Virus record (IMG/VR): IMGVR_UViG_2974753081_000001
Location: 1 to 64,000 of that record
Source of the DNA: a virus
Lineage: Duplodnaviria; Caudoviricetes
Direction: 5' to 3' (one strand)
DNA: 64,000 bases
Positions within the stretch are counted from its first letter, which is position 1. The number at the start of each line of letters is the position of its first letter. This document shows positions 29,377 to 39,050 of this stretch, piece after piece. The notes under the pieces were generated by a model, which saw nothing but the letters and a program-made list of their open reading frames with translations, did no database searches and had not been told where the DNA came from. The translations under genes were made by a program, and so were the position numbers.

Positions 29377-31785
29377 GTGACGCTTGTCGATCAGGTCAAC
29401 GCGCTGGCGACGAGGGTGGCCGGGGAGTTCAAGACGCTGCGCTCGCAGGTCGCCACCGACCTGTCTGGCAAGGCGAACAACGGCCACACCCATGTCGTCT
29501 CCGATGTCGCTTCGCTGCAGGGCCTGCTCGACGCCAAGCTCGGTCTGACCGGCGGCACGCTGTCCGAGGGTGCCAACCTCACCTTCGGCACCACCACCGG
29601 CACCAAGATCGGTACCGCGACCACCCAGAAGCTGGGGTTCTTCAATGCCACCCCCGTGGTGCAGCAAACTGCTACGACCGATCTCGGCGTGGCGCTGTCG
29701 AACCTCGGCCTGCGCGCTGCGGGTACCGCCTATCCGCTGACCACCTCGGGCAACGCCTCGCTGACTGGCACCGTCACCACGAACAAGTCGCGCGTGAAGA
29801 CCCCGGCCAATCTCACCACCACGGCCACCCTGAACCTGACCAGCGCCGAGATTCAGACCGCTGACGCCTCGGCGGCTCCGTTCAGCATCACCCTTCCGGC
29901 CACCACCACTCCGGGCTACCACTTCACCATCAAGAAGACCGACGGCACGGCCAACGCCGTAACGATCCTCGGCACCATCGACGGCGCTACCAATGTGGTG
30001 CTGTCTCGCGGCAACGACACCGTGACGCTGGTGAGCACCGCGACCTCGGGCACCTGGCGCGTGGTGGCTCGGATCAGTACGTCCACCATCGCCGACATCT
30101 CCGGGCTGCAGGCGGCGCTGGACTCCAAGGTCGGCACCTCCGATCCTCGGATGACCGACGCCCGCACTCCGACGACTCACTCGCACGCGATCGGCGACGT
30201 CACTGGGCTGCAGGCCGCGCTCGACGGCAAGTCGGCAACTGGGCACTCCCACGCATGGGGAGAGATCACCGACAAGCCCGCCACGTTCGCGCCGACCATC
30301 GGCTCGGGTGCGGCGGATGCTGTCGCGGGCAACGACCCCCGGCTGTCGGATGCTCGCACGCCGACCAGCCACGTCCACCCAGCTGCCCAGATCAGCGACT
30401 CCACCACAGTCGGTCGCGCGGTACTCACGGCGGCGGACGCTGCCGCAGCCCGATCGGCCATCGGCGCAGGGACGTCCTCTCTGGCTCTCGGCACGACGGC
30501 GGGCACAGCCAAGGCGGGCGACTACGCCCCGACTTGGGGAGAGATCACCAGCAAGCCCGCGTCGTTCGCTCCGTCGGCTCACACTCACGCGATCTCCGAG
30601 GTGACCAACCTCCAGACCGCGCTCGACGGCAAGGCCGCGTCGAGCCACACCCACCTGGCTGTAGACATCAGCAACTCGACCACCGTCGGTCGCTCGGTCC
30701 TGACGGCCACCGATGCGGCGGCGGCGCGCTCGGCTATCGGCGCGGGCACCGGGAACAGCAACCTGGCCCTGGGCACCACGGCTGGCACCGCGAAGGCGGG
30801 CGACTACGTGCCAGCATGGTCGGAAGTCACCGGCAAGCCGAGCAGCTTCACTCCGGCTGCGCACTCGCACGCGGTCGCCGATGTGACCGGGCTCCAGACC
30901 GCTCTGGACGGCAAGTCCGACTCGGGGCACACCCACGCAGCCACCGCCATCTCGGACTCCACCGTTGTCGGGCGCTCGGTTCTCACTGCTGCGGACGCGG
31001 CGGCGGCACGAACCGCCATCGGCGCGGGCACGTCGTCGCTGACCATCGGCACGACCGGTACGACCGCGAAGGCGGGCAACTACGTTCCTGCCTGGACCGA
31101 GATCACCAGCAAGCCGTCGACCTTCCCGCCCGACGCGCACTCCCACGCCTGGAACGAGATCACCAGCAAACCGACCACGTTCGCGCCGACCGCGCACACC
31201 CACGTTGCGAGCGAGGTCAGTGACTCGACGGCGGTGGGACGCTCGGTGCTGACTGCCACCGACGCTGCGGCAGCCCGTTCGGCCATCGGAGCCGGTACCG
31301 GTTCGTCCAACCTCGCGCTCGGCACGACGTCCACCACCGCCAAGGCCGGTGACTACGTGCCGACGTGGTCAGAGATCACCTCCAAGCCGTCCACCTTCAC
31401 TCCGTCCTCGCACACCCACCTCGCTGCCGACATCAGCAACTCGACGGCGGTGGGGCGTTCGCTGATGACGGCTGCCGACGCTGCAGCAGCGCGGACGGCC
31501 ATCGGCGCGGGCACATCGAACCTGGTCCTGGGCACCACGAGCGACACTGCGGCGGCGGGCAACGACTCTCGGCTGTCGGATGCGCGAGTGCCGCTGGACA
31601 ACAGCGTGACCAACGTGAAGATTCCGGCAGGTGCCGACATCAGCCCCACCAAGCTCGGCGCAGGTCGGGTTGTTGCGGTGGACGGCTCTGATACACCGAT
31701 CAGCATCGTGAAGAAGTACCTGACGCAGGCTCAGTACGACGCCATCGGGACGAAGGACCCGAACACGGAGTACAACATCATATGA
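29377..31785 (+). CDS. Long fibre protein with HxH repeats
   Basis: Repeated HxH..VTGLQxALDGK and WxEITxKP units; C-terminal TQAQYDAIGTKDPNTEY docking motif. Confidence 0.85.
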   Translation: MTLVDQVNALATRVAGEFKTLRSQVATDLSGKANNGHTHVVSDVASLQGLLDAKLGLTGGTLSEGANLTFGTTTGTKIGTATTQKLGFFNATPVVQQTATTDLGVALSNLGLRAAGTAYPLTTSGNASLTGTVTTNKSRVKTPANLTTTATLNLTSAEIQTADASAAPFSITLPATTTPGYHFTIKKTDGTANAVTILGTIDGATNVVLSRGNDTVTLVSTATSGTWRVVARISTSTIADISGLQAALDSKVGTSDPRMTDARTPTTHSHAIGDVTGLQAALDGKSATGHSHAWGEITDKPATFAPTIGSGAADAVAGNDPRLSDARTPTSHVHPAAQISDSTTVGRAVLTAADAAAARSAIGAGTSSLALGTTAGTAKAGDYAPTWGEITSKPASFAPSAHTHAISEVTNLQTALDGKAASSHTHLAVDISNSTTVGRSVLTATDAAAARSAIGAGTGNSNLALGTTAGTAKAGDYVPAWSEVTGKPSSFTPAAHSHAVADVTGLQTALDGKSDSGHTHAATAISDSTVVGRSVLTAADAAAARTAIGAGTSSLTIGTTGTTAKAGNYVPAWTEITSKPSTFPPDAHSHAWNEITSKPTTFAPTAHTHVASEVSDSTAVGRSVLTATDAAAARSAIGAGTGSSNLALGTTSTTAKAGDYVPTWSEITSKPSTFTPSSHTHLAADISNSTAVGRSLMTAADAAAARTAIGAGTSNLVLGTTSDTAAAGNDSRLSDARVPLDNSVTNVKIPAGADISPTKLGAGRVVAVDGSDTPISIVKKYLTQAQYDAIGTKDPNTEYNII
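30390..31590 (+). repeat. Five intragenic fibre repeats
   Basis: Five copies of (D/N)STxVGRx(V/L)(L/M)TAxDAAAARxAIGAGT. Confidence 0.9.
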
Positions 31786-33980
31786 GTATCCAGGTAGGCA
31801 CCGCCGGTCCGTTGCAGCGCAGGTATATCGGTGGCCAGGAGGTCAAGAAGGTTTATCTCGGAGACAAGCTCATCTGGTCGTCGGGACCACCGCCGGACCC
31901 GTCGCTGCGCACCATGTGGCCGATCCCCGGCGACACCAAGCCGGTTGTGGTCATGTTCGTCGGTTCGTCCACGACGCAAGGTGAGATCGGCACCACCCGT
32001 GAGCACCAGAACTATGTGAATCAGCTCGCAGCTCGCATCGTCACCCACGCCAACAACGGCCTGAGCACGGCTAGGGTGCCCAAGGTCACCAGCGGCACCG
32101 TGGCCCGCCCCACCACGAACGGCATCTGGTTCTGGAACTGCGGACTCGGCGGCACGATCTCATCGAATTACATCGGCACCGACCGACAGTCGCTGATGAA
32201 CTCGCTTCAGCCCGACATCATGATCCACATGATCGGGGCGAACGACTATCGCAATCAGAACGTCCCGTATGCCACGTTCAAGAGCAACTGCCAGGCGGTT
32301 GTCAACGACGCCCGCACTCGGGTGCCCGGCGTCAAGCACGTGTTCATTCACAGCTACGTCCCCCTCGACGTCACCGGGAATCCGACCTACCGCTGGGAGG
32401 GGTACGAGACTGCACTCTATGAGTTGGAGGCGGCGAACTCCGACGTCATCACCATCACCGTGCGCCCCGAGTTCGAGGCGCAGGGTGTGGTCCTCAACGG
32501 CACCGATCCCAACGACCTCATCGGCACCGACAATATCCACGCTTTGCCTGCGGGCTACAAAATGCTCGCCAACCTGTGTGCGGACAAGCTCCAGCTTCAG
32601 CGTCGGCACAACCAGCCCATTTTCCGAATGGATGCGAATCAGCTGACGGCCTACGCAAACGGTGCGGAGGTCACCAGCGCGCCTCCGCCTGCCGACGTCA
32701 TGGAGCAGACCGCAGGTGGGGCCGGTCAGACGGCGGGTCAGCGCCCGACCATGATTACGGCGGCGATCAACGGCAATCGCGCTCTCAGCTTCGACGGTGT
32801 GGATGACACATTGGACACGAACTTCGTTCGCTCCTACGGACTCCCGGTGACCAAGTTCATGGTGCTGAAGGTGGCTGGCGGCTCGGCGTCCAAGCCGTTC
32901 TTCTCCCGCACGACCCTCAACCACAACGGCTATGTGTGGGCCTTCGCCGACAGCAGCACTCCGTACAAGGTCTACTACCCATCGAACTCTCCGACGGGCA
33001 ACAGCTTCGTGTACCTCGACCCCAATCGCTGGGTGATCATGGCCGTGGTCTACACCGCTACCGACGACCAGATCATGTACATGAACTCGCTCGAAGGTGC
33101 TCCTTCATACAGCACCGGAACTGATCCCGATACGCAGAATGGTCCGTTCATCACGTCGATGCGCTACGGCGCGAACACGGGTCGCAACACCTTCGCTCAG
33201 ATGCAGGTGGCCTATGGCGAATTGGTGCAGGGCGAGCTGTCTCCGACTGAGGTCGCCGAGCGGATGAATAACCTTGCTGCGCGCTTCGCGGTCACGCTCG
33301 ATCCCACCGCGCCCGTACCTCCCCCTCCTCCGCCCCGCACGTATCTGCGCGACATCGGCACGCAGAGCTACGCGAACACCTTTCAAACCGGAGCCAACCG
33401 CGATCTCACGGCGGACGGTTGGGTGGATCGTTCGTACTCGACAGGCACATATCAGCTTTCGGACTACGCGGGCGGTAACGTCAACAACTCTCCGCGTCGT
33501 CTGATCCCGTCCGGTGTTGGCTCTTACCGTGCGTACAACTGCTACTACTGGAACACCCAGCTTTCGTCAGGAGCGATGTGGGCACGGGTGAAGATTTACA
33601 AGCCGCCAGCCGCTGCTGACCCGAACGGCGGCATCGGTCTCGTTCTCAGGCACAGCACGACCGCAGGACACTTTCTGAAGGTGATGACGAACGGCGATTG
33701 GCGTATCTCCTACGGCACCTCGAATGCCTCTACGACCGCTGAGAGCCCCATCCGTGCATCGGGAACTATCGGCAGGGAGTTGGTGCCGGGTGACGAGTTG
33801 GTCGCACTGGTTACGGCGTCCAATGACTATCACTTCTATGTGAACGATGCGAAGTTGGGAACCGTCAACAACTCCACTGGTAGCACGAACCGGTATGCAG
33901 GAGTTTTGATCTCACAAAACGACGCAGGCGAGTTGTACGACTTCAAGTGCGGGGTCATGGGGTCGGACGTCCCTCCGTAG
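31782..33980 (+). CDS. Receptor-binding / tailspike-like protein with SGNH hydrolase and lectin-like domains
   Basis: N-terminal VKKVYLGDKLIW; SGNH blocks VGSSTT, GG, GAND and DNIH; LamG-like FDGVDD. Confidence 0.8.
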   Translation: MSIQVGTAGPLQRRYIGGQEVKKVYLGDKLIWSSGPPPDPSLRTMWPIPGDTKPVVVMFVGSSTTQGEIGTTREHQNYVNQLAARIVTHANNGLSTARVPKVTSGTVARPTTNGIWFWNCGLGGTISSNYIGTDRQSLMNSLQPDIMIHMIGANDYRNQNVPYATFKSNCQAVVNDARTRVPGVKHVFIHSYVPLDVTGNPTYRWEGYETALYELEAANSDVITITVRPEFEAQGVVLNGTDPNDLIGTDNIHALPAGYKMLANLCADKLQLQRRHNQPIFRMDANQLTAYANGAEVTSAPPPADVMEQTAGGAGQTAGQRPTMITAAINGNRALSFDGVDDTLDTNFVRSYGLPVTKFMVLKVAGGSASKPFFSRTTLNHNGYVWAFADSSTPYKVYYPSNSPTGNSFVYLDPNRWVIMAVVYTATDDQIMYMNSLEGAPSYSTGTDPDTQNGPFITSMRYGANTGRNTFAQMQVAYGELVQGELSPTEVAERMNNLAARFAVTLDPTAPVPPPPPPRTYLRDIGTQSYANTFQTGANRDLTADGWVDRSYSTGTYQLSDYAGGNVNNSPRRLIPSGVGSYRAYNCYYWNTQLSSGAMWARVKIYKPPAAADPNGGIGLVLRHSTTAGHFLKVMTNGDWRISYGTSNASTTAESPIRASGTIGRELVPGDELVALVTASNDYHFYVNDAKLGTVNNSTGSTNRYAGVLISQNDAGELYDFKCGVMGSDVPP

Positions 33981-34110
33981 GTCGTCACGGGATTCACGAC
34001 GCTGCAACCCGAAGAACGCCGCCGTCGTGTCGGCAGCAGCCCATGACCTCGGTCGACACTGTAGCGTGAGGGTTGCAAGCCCCATTACCCCTCCAGAGTG
34101 GAGAAATAAA

Positions 34111-34650
34111 ATGCCGATGGCACCCCTGACTGAACTTCCCGAGAATCCGTCCATCGAGGACTACAAGCGGTTCGAGGGCACCCTCTACGTCAAGAACAAC
34201 TCGGTCCATGCGGTCACCTGCAATGTCGAGGGCCAGCCCCGGTTCCTGCTGCAGCCCTACGGCCACGACGGCGACTGCCAGATTCTTCCCCGGCATGCGC
34301 TCGACGTCGCCGGGTTCCAGAAGATCATCTACAAGGGCCAGGTCACGGTCTCGCCGGACCTCGCGGAGTACGCGATCCGGGGCGCGATGCGACAGGACGA
34401 AGAGCGCGACCGGCAGATCGCCGAGATCGAGTCTCTGACCGAGGAGAACAGCTCCAAGAAGGACCTGGTGCAGAGTAATTGCCTGGTCTGCAAGGAGCTG
34501 GTGTTCCAACGGCAGGGCGATGTCGCCGGTCTGGTGCCCCCGCTCTGCACCGCCCACGAGGATCGAGCGTCGCACTACCTGGGTACTCCGGTGCAGAATG
34601 ACGATGGAACCATCGGGGCGACCTTCGCCCTGCTACCGAACAGGAGCTGA
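34111..34650 (+). CDS. Hypothetical protein with C-terminal Zn finger
   Basis: ATG after GGAG; CLVC...LCTAH. Confidence 0.7.
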   Translation: MPMAPLTELPENPSIEDYKRFEGTLYVKNNSVHAVTCNVEGQPRFLLQPYGHDGDCQILPRHALDVAGFQKIIYKGQVTVSPDLAEYAIRGAMRQDEERDRQIAEIESLTEENSSKKDLVQSNCLVCKELVFQRQGDVAGLVPPLCTAHEDRASHYLGTPVQNDDGTIGATFALLPNRS

Positions 34651-34652
34651 CT

Positions 34653-35237
34653 ATGGCCGACACCGATCCCCTGGTGCCCGAGACCGAAAACACCACCGCG
34701 CTTGACGACGCGGCGAAGTCCCCCGAGGACTCTGCCGACCCCACCGTGACTGCCACTGGCGATCCGGCGGTCGAGGAGAAGCCCAAGCGTGGCTCGCGCT
34801 CGCGGGCGGCGAAGAAGGAAGAGGTCAAGGACGCGGCGGAGGCCAAGGCTCCCACCGCTGCCGAGGCCCGCGCCGCCGAGACCAACGATCCGGCACCGGA
34901 CCCGCTCGACATCCACTCGGAGCGCACTCTTGACGTCGCCGACTCGCTGGGCTCGGATGCCATCCGCGCCGAGTACGCGGCTGCCGAGCGTGGCGACAAT
35001 TCGGACCTGCTGAGGGCCGGGTACCAGGTGTCTCAGTTCGACACCACGGGCAGCGGCAGCGTCCTGGACGCGCTTGCCTTCCCGACCGAGCGCGCACTCA
35101 ACGCCGAGAAGCGAGTCGAGGAGGTCCAGGGCATCACGGTCGACCGTCCGGATCGCCCGGTCATCGCTGCGGACTCCCTGGAGGACTCCGACGCCGAAGC
35201 TCTCACCAAGAGCGCACCGGTCGACGGCGAGAAGTAG
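34653..35237 (+). CDS. Acidic hypothetical (probable virion) protein
   Basis: RBS AGGAG; clean ORF followed by a hairpin. Confidence 0.7.
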   Translation: MADTDPLVPETENTTALDDAAKSPEDSADPTVTATGDPAVEEKPKRGSRSRAAKKEEVKDAAEAKAPTAAEARAAETNDPAPDPLDIHSERTLDVADSLGSDAIRAEYAAAERGDNSDLLRAGYQVSQFDTTGSGSVLDALAFPTERALNAEKRVEEVQGITVDRPDRPVIAADSLEDSDAEALTKSAPVDGEK

Positions 35238-35249
35238 CCTGATAAGCGA

Positions 35250-35291
35250 GCGGGGGCCGTGAGCTGCGACCTGCGGCCACGGCTCCCGTTA
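35250..35291 (+). terminator. Terminator-like hairpin
   Basis: GCGGGGGCCGTG / CACGGCTCCCGT. Confidence 0.55.
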
Positions 35292-35311
35292 TCGCGTACT
35301 AGGAGGTCCTG

Positions 35312-36247
35312 ATGCCGACGAACTTCCCCGAGGGCAATGACAGCTTCATCGAGCCGTCATCCCCGGAGACCACCCCGCTGTCCTCGGCGGGCTCCGGCAA
35401 CCGAGACCACTACAACCACCACAAGGATGTCGGCGACGCCATCGAGGCGATGCAGGCCAATGTCCCGCTGAAGAGTCACGATCACTCCGGCACCGGCCCT
35501 CGCGCGACCCCGAAGCTGCGGCAGGAGAACACCCACGAGGGTGCCGATACCGATTCGTCGGCGACCGCGATCCACCACACCCTCGGCACCGGACCGAATC
35601 AGGCTGCGCGCGGCAACCACACCCACAACGCCAGGGACATCATCGGCATGGGGTGGACCACCTGCACGTCGACCACGCGGCCCTCCGATCCGCCCCTCGG
35701 CATGACGATCTACGAGACCGACACCAATCGCGTCTATGTCTGGGCCACGTTCCCTCCGGCCACCGGTCCGTCGTGGCGACTGCTCCCGATCGCGAGCTAC
35801 CCGATCTGCCGCCTGCTCCAGGGTGCCGCTCAGAAGGTCTACCCCGCCGGGTCGGTCATCGAGTGGCGCACCGAGGAGGAGGACACTTTCGGTATGTTCA
35901 GCTCCGCCACGTCGATGACTGAGATCACGATCCCGGTGGCTGGTCTCTATGAGGTGACAACCTCGGTCGCCTGGAACAACACCGACATCTTCGGCGACTG
36001 GGCGGAGACGATCATCCTGCTCAACGGCCAGGAGACCTACCGCAGGACCTTCGAGTTCATCCGTGGCCGGACCATCTTCTCCCCCGGCAAGCCCCAGACC
36101 GTGGACGCCACCGGCCTGATCCGTTACAACGCGGGCGACAGGATCGGCGTCAAGGCCAAGCACAACGGCACCACCTGGCAGTGGACCTACTCCAGCACCG
36201 CCGACAAGCAGGACACCCGCATCGAGATCAGGTACGTGAGCCCATGA
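35312..36247 (+). CDS. Minor structural (collar/fibre-like) protein
   Basis: CTSTTRPSDP.LGMTIYETDT motif and C1q/TNF-like beta C-terminus; RBS AGGAGG. Confidence 0.7.
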   Translation: MPTNFPEGNDSFIEPSSPETTPLSSAGSGNRDHYNHHKDVGDAIEAMQANVPLKSHDHSGTGPRATPKLRQENTHEGADTDSSATAIHHTLGTGPNQAARGNHTHNARDIIGMGWTTCTSTTRPSDPPLGMTIYETDTNRVYVWATFPPATGPSWRLLPIASYPICRLLQGAAQKVYPAGSVIEWRTEEEDTFGMFSSATSMTEITIPVAGLYEVTTSVAWNNTDIFGDWAETIILLNGQETYRRTFEFIRGRTIFSPGKPQTVDATGLIRYNAGDRIGVKAKHNGTTWQWTYSSTADKQDTRIEIRYVSP

Positions 36248-37233
36248 CGAGCCCATACCCCTACACCGGCATCGGCGTGTTCTCGCCGAAGGCGCTGTCG
36301 TACTCGCTGGCCCGCAAGCAGGTTGCCCAGAGTGCCTACGGCGACCTCGGCGTGACGGTGGTCGGCCCGGACTCCAAGCCGGTCGACGCCACCGACGTCT
36401 CGGTCAGGGTCACGCTCGACACCGACTTCGACGGCACGACCTCCGAGGTCGACGGCGAGGCTCCCGAGGGTCGCGAGATCGCTTCGTTCTCGGGGTCGCA
36501 GGTTCGCCATGATCCCGAGGATCCCGGCGTCTACACCGTCACCCTCACCCCGGAGCACACCGCCGAGCGCGGCAACCTCACGGCGGTCTGGACGTTCTCT
36601 GTCGACGGCTCCCAGGCGACCTACGTCGACTACCTGCAGATCATCGAGCAGATGCCGACCTACGACGCGCTGCGCCCGGAGGAGCAGGACATCGTCCAGC
36701 GCGTGTCGTGGATGTTCGCCGACCTGTTCGACTCCACCAACGGTGGCCCGAACCTGATGGAGCAGTTCCAGTCGCACTTCGGCTTCGAGCGCATCGCTCA
36801 GCTGATGCACCTGGCCATGAACCGGATCAACACCTACGGCGTGCCGATGACCAACTTCGGCCTCGGCGAGGGATCGACCAAGCTTCCCGAGGGCTTCGAC
36901 GGGTTCCTGATGATGGGCACCTATCTGGAGGTGCTGCGACACCTGATCCGCAGCTACACCGAGCAGCCGAACTTGGTCGCCATGACGGTGACCTACACCG
37001 ACCGCCGTGACTACGCGCAGCGGTGGCGCTCGATCCTGGACGAGGAGAAGCAGGACTATCTCGACGCGCTGAAGCTCGCCAAGCGCAAGCTGCTCGGACT
37101 CGGCGGCGGCTCGCTGCTGGTGGCCGGGGGCATCTATGGCGGCGCTGGCCGGTCGTTCTACAAGTCGAGCTATGCGATGCAGGCGCGCGCGGCCCGGTTC
37201 TATCCATACGCATCCATCATCGTGAGGCGGTGA
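36244..37233 (+). CDS. Head-to-tail adaptor (neck)
   Basis: Position; N-terminal Ig-like region plus helical adaptor domain; ATGA overlap. Confidence 0.65.
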   Translation: MTSPYPYTGIGVFSPKALSYSLARKQVAQSAYGDLGVTVVGPDSKPVDATDVSVRVTLDTDFDGTTSEVDGEAPEGREIASFSGSQVRHDPEDPGVYTVTLTPEHTAERGNLTAVWTFSVDGSQATYVDYLQIIEQMPTYDALRPEEQDIVQRVSWMFADLFDSTNGGPNLMEQFQSHFGFERIAQLMHLAMNRINTYGVPMTNFGLGEGSTKLPEGFDGFLMMGTYLEVLRHLIRSYTEQPNLVAMTVTYTDRRDYAQRWRSILDEEKQDYLDALKLAKRKLLGLGGGSLLVAGGIYGGAGRSFYKSSYAMQARAARFYPYASIIVRR

Positions 37234-37236
37234 CCC

Positions 37237-37842
37237 GTGGCTAGGGTCGACCTGACTGAGCCGTTCGCCATTCGCAATGCGCGCAAGGCGGTCACCGAGT
37301 CGCTGCAGGCGCACGGCGAGGAGGTCATCGGGCTGGCGATGTACCACGTGCTCACCGACCCGAAGCACCCCCGCTGCCCCAACTGCTACGACCCGGACTA
37401 CAAGCAGGCCGACAAGGCTGGCTGCGATATCTGCTACGGCACCTCGCTGCAGGGCGGAGTCAAGCAGATGGCTCGGATGTGGGCGATGTTCGATGACTCC
37501 CCCGACATCGAGGACATCACCAAGCGCGGTGTCTGGAATCCGGGCAACCGCAACGTGCAGCTGGAGGCCAACCCGCACCTCATCGAGCACGACTACGTCT
37601 TCCGAGTGCGGCGCTGGAGCCGGGACCACCGGCCTCTGGAGCTGGGGGATGCGTTCTCGCTCGATCGCGTGACGATCATGAGCCTGCGCACCGGCAACCA
37701 GTACACCCAGGACGACAACGACCGCGTCGGCCAGAAGTGTCAGGCGCACCTGCTCGACACTTCGCACGTGATCTACAAGGCCAACGGTCGCATCATCTCG
37801 CCGGACTTCCCGATCTCGCGCTCGGACGGTCTGCCGCGATGA
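37237..37842 (+). CDS. Head-to-tail connector/stopper with Zn motif
   Basis: CPNC...CDIC; position in neck cluster. Confidence 0.6.
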   Translation: MARVDLTEPFAIRNARKAVTESLQAHGEEVIGLAMYHVLTDPKHPRCPNCYDPDYKQADKAGCDICYGTSLQGGVKQMARMWAMFDDSPDIEDITKRGVWNPGNRNVQLEANPHLIEHDYVFRVRRWSRDHRPLELGDAFSLDRVTIMSLRTGNQYTQDDNDRVGQKCQAHLLDTSHVIYKANGRIISPDFPISRSDGLPR

Positions 37843-38306
37843 AGACGCCTCTGCCGATCCGGCTGACCCAGCGAATCTCGGAGCGCGCGGTCATCAACGC
37901 TCGCGCCGGTATCGCTCGGCGCGGATGGTCGCGGGGCGCTCAGCTGTCCATCGAGCCCGCACCGAAGCCGGGCAGCGCGGGGTTGCGCACCACACGCAAG
38001 TACCTGCTGTACCAGGAGTACGGCACGCGCCCGTTCCTCATGACCTCGCTGGAGGGCAAGACCGTCCCGATCCGGGGCCAGTTCTTTCGGGTCAAGGGTG
38101 TCGGCATGCCGGGCATGGGCTACCAGGATCGCAAGTACGAAGCGCACAAGGGTCCGATCTGGCGCGACCAGCGGTGGCGGCATCCCGGCATCCGTCCCGA
38201 GGGATTCATGCAGAACGCACTCAGGCAGGCGATGCTGGAGAGCGGCCCCCTGATTCAGCGCGAGATGATGGACACCCTGAAGGGAGACAAGCATGGCCGC
38301 AGCTAG
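37839..38306 (+). CDS. Neck / tail completion protein (HK97 gp10-like)
   Basis: YQEYGTRPF...HPGIRPEGFMQNAL motif; basic composition. Confidence 0.65.
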   Translation: MKTPLPIRLTQRISERAVINARAGIARRGWSRGAQLSIEPAPKPGSAGLRTTRKYLLYQEYGTRPFLMTSLEGKTVPIRGQFFRVKGVGMPGMGYQDRKYEAHKGPIWRDQRWRHPGIRPEGFMQNALRQAMLESGPLIQREMMDTLKGDKHGRS

Positions 38307-39003
38307 CTTCGATCCCGAGAAGGACGTGAACAAGCCCATCGAGGGGTCTCCGGGCGGACCGGTCGAGGCCGTGAAGCGCGGCGTGATCCAGGCGTTCCGG
38401 GTGGCGCTGAACGGCTCGACCTTCAACGACGATTCGTCTCCGGTTTATGTGGAGATGGAGTACCCGCTGGAGAAGGTCCACTACCCCGGCGTCTGGGTGC
38501 AGTTCTCGCTGACCTCGCTGTCTCCGGCGGGTCACGGGCACCTGTTCCGGGACCCCGACAGTGGGGACCTGCTGCAGGAGATGGTCTACCAGGGGCGTGT
38601 CACGCTGACGCTGGTGGCGCTGTCCTCGCGCGAGCGAGACCGGCTGGCCGACCTCATCATCAACACGCTGAGCTTCAGCCGGGTGTCGTCGCCGAACGTC
38701 ATCACCGAGAACGGGTACCAGGAGACGTTCTCGCCGCTGTACGACGAGTTCAACAAAAATCCCCACGTCTCGATCTCGATCAATTCGGATCGTCCGAACC
38801 CGATGGGGCAGGCCGTCAACGTCGGCACTCCGTGGGACCCCGACACGCTGGTCTATGAAGACGCATACTCATTTGAGGTGCTCGGACAGTTTATGCTCGT
38901 GACTAGCAACGAGGGCCTGTACCGGCTGAAGCGCGTCGACATCAACTACGACTTCGCACCGCGTCCTCCGGCTGGAGACGATGGCGAAGGCGCTTGGATA
39001 TAG
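38293..39003 (+). CDS. Tail terminator
   Basis: Immediately before the sheath gene; size and position fit. Confidence 0.6.
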   Translation: MAAASFDPEKDVNKPIEGSPGGPVEAVKRGVIQAFRVALNGSTFNDDSSPVYVEMEYPLEKVHYPGVWVQFSLTSLSPAGHGHLFRDPDSGDLLQEMVYQGRVTLTLVALSSRERDRLADLIINTLSFSRVSSPNVITENGYQETFSPLYDEFNKNPHVSISINSDRPNPMGQAVNVGTPWDPDTLVYEDAYSFEVLGQFMLVTSNEGLYRLKRVDINYDFAPRPPAGDDGEGAWI

Positions 39004-39050
39004 GACACTGACAAGAGAGGCAGCTCTCAACCGAGCAGGGAGAACACGAA

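Noticed and set aside
30390..31590. Repeat array as a CRISPR or diversity-generating element
   Set aside because: In-frame protein repeats with synonymous divergence; no spacers, cas genes, reverse transcriptase or adenine-specific TR/VR pair seen.
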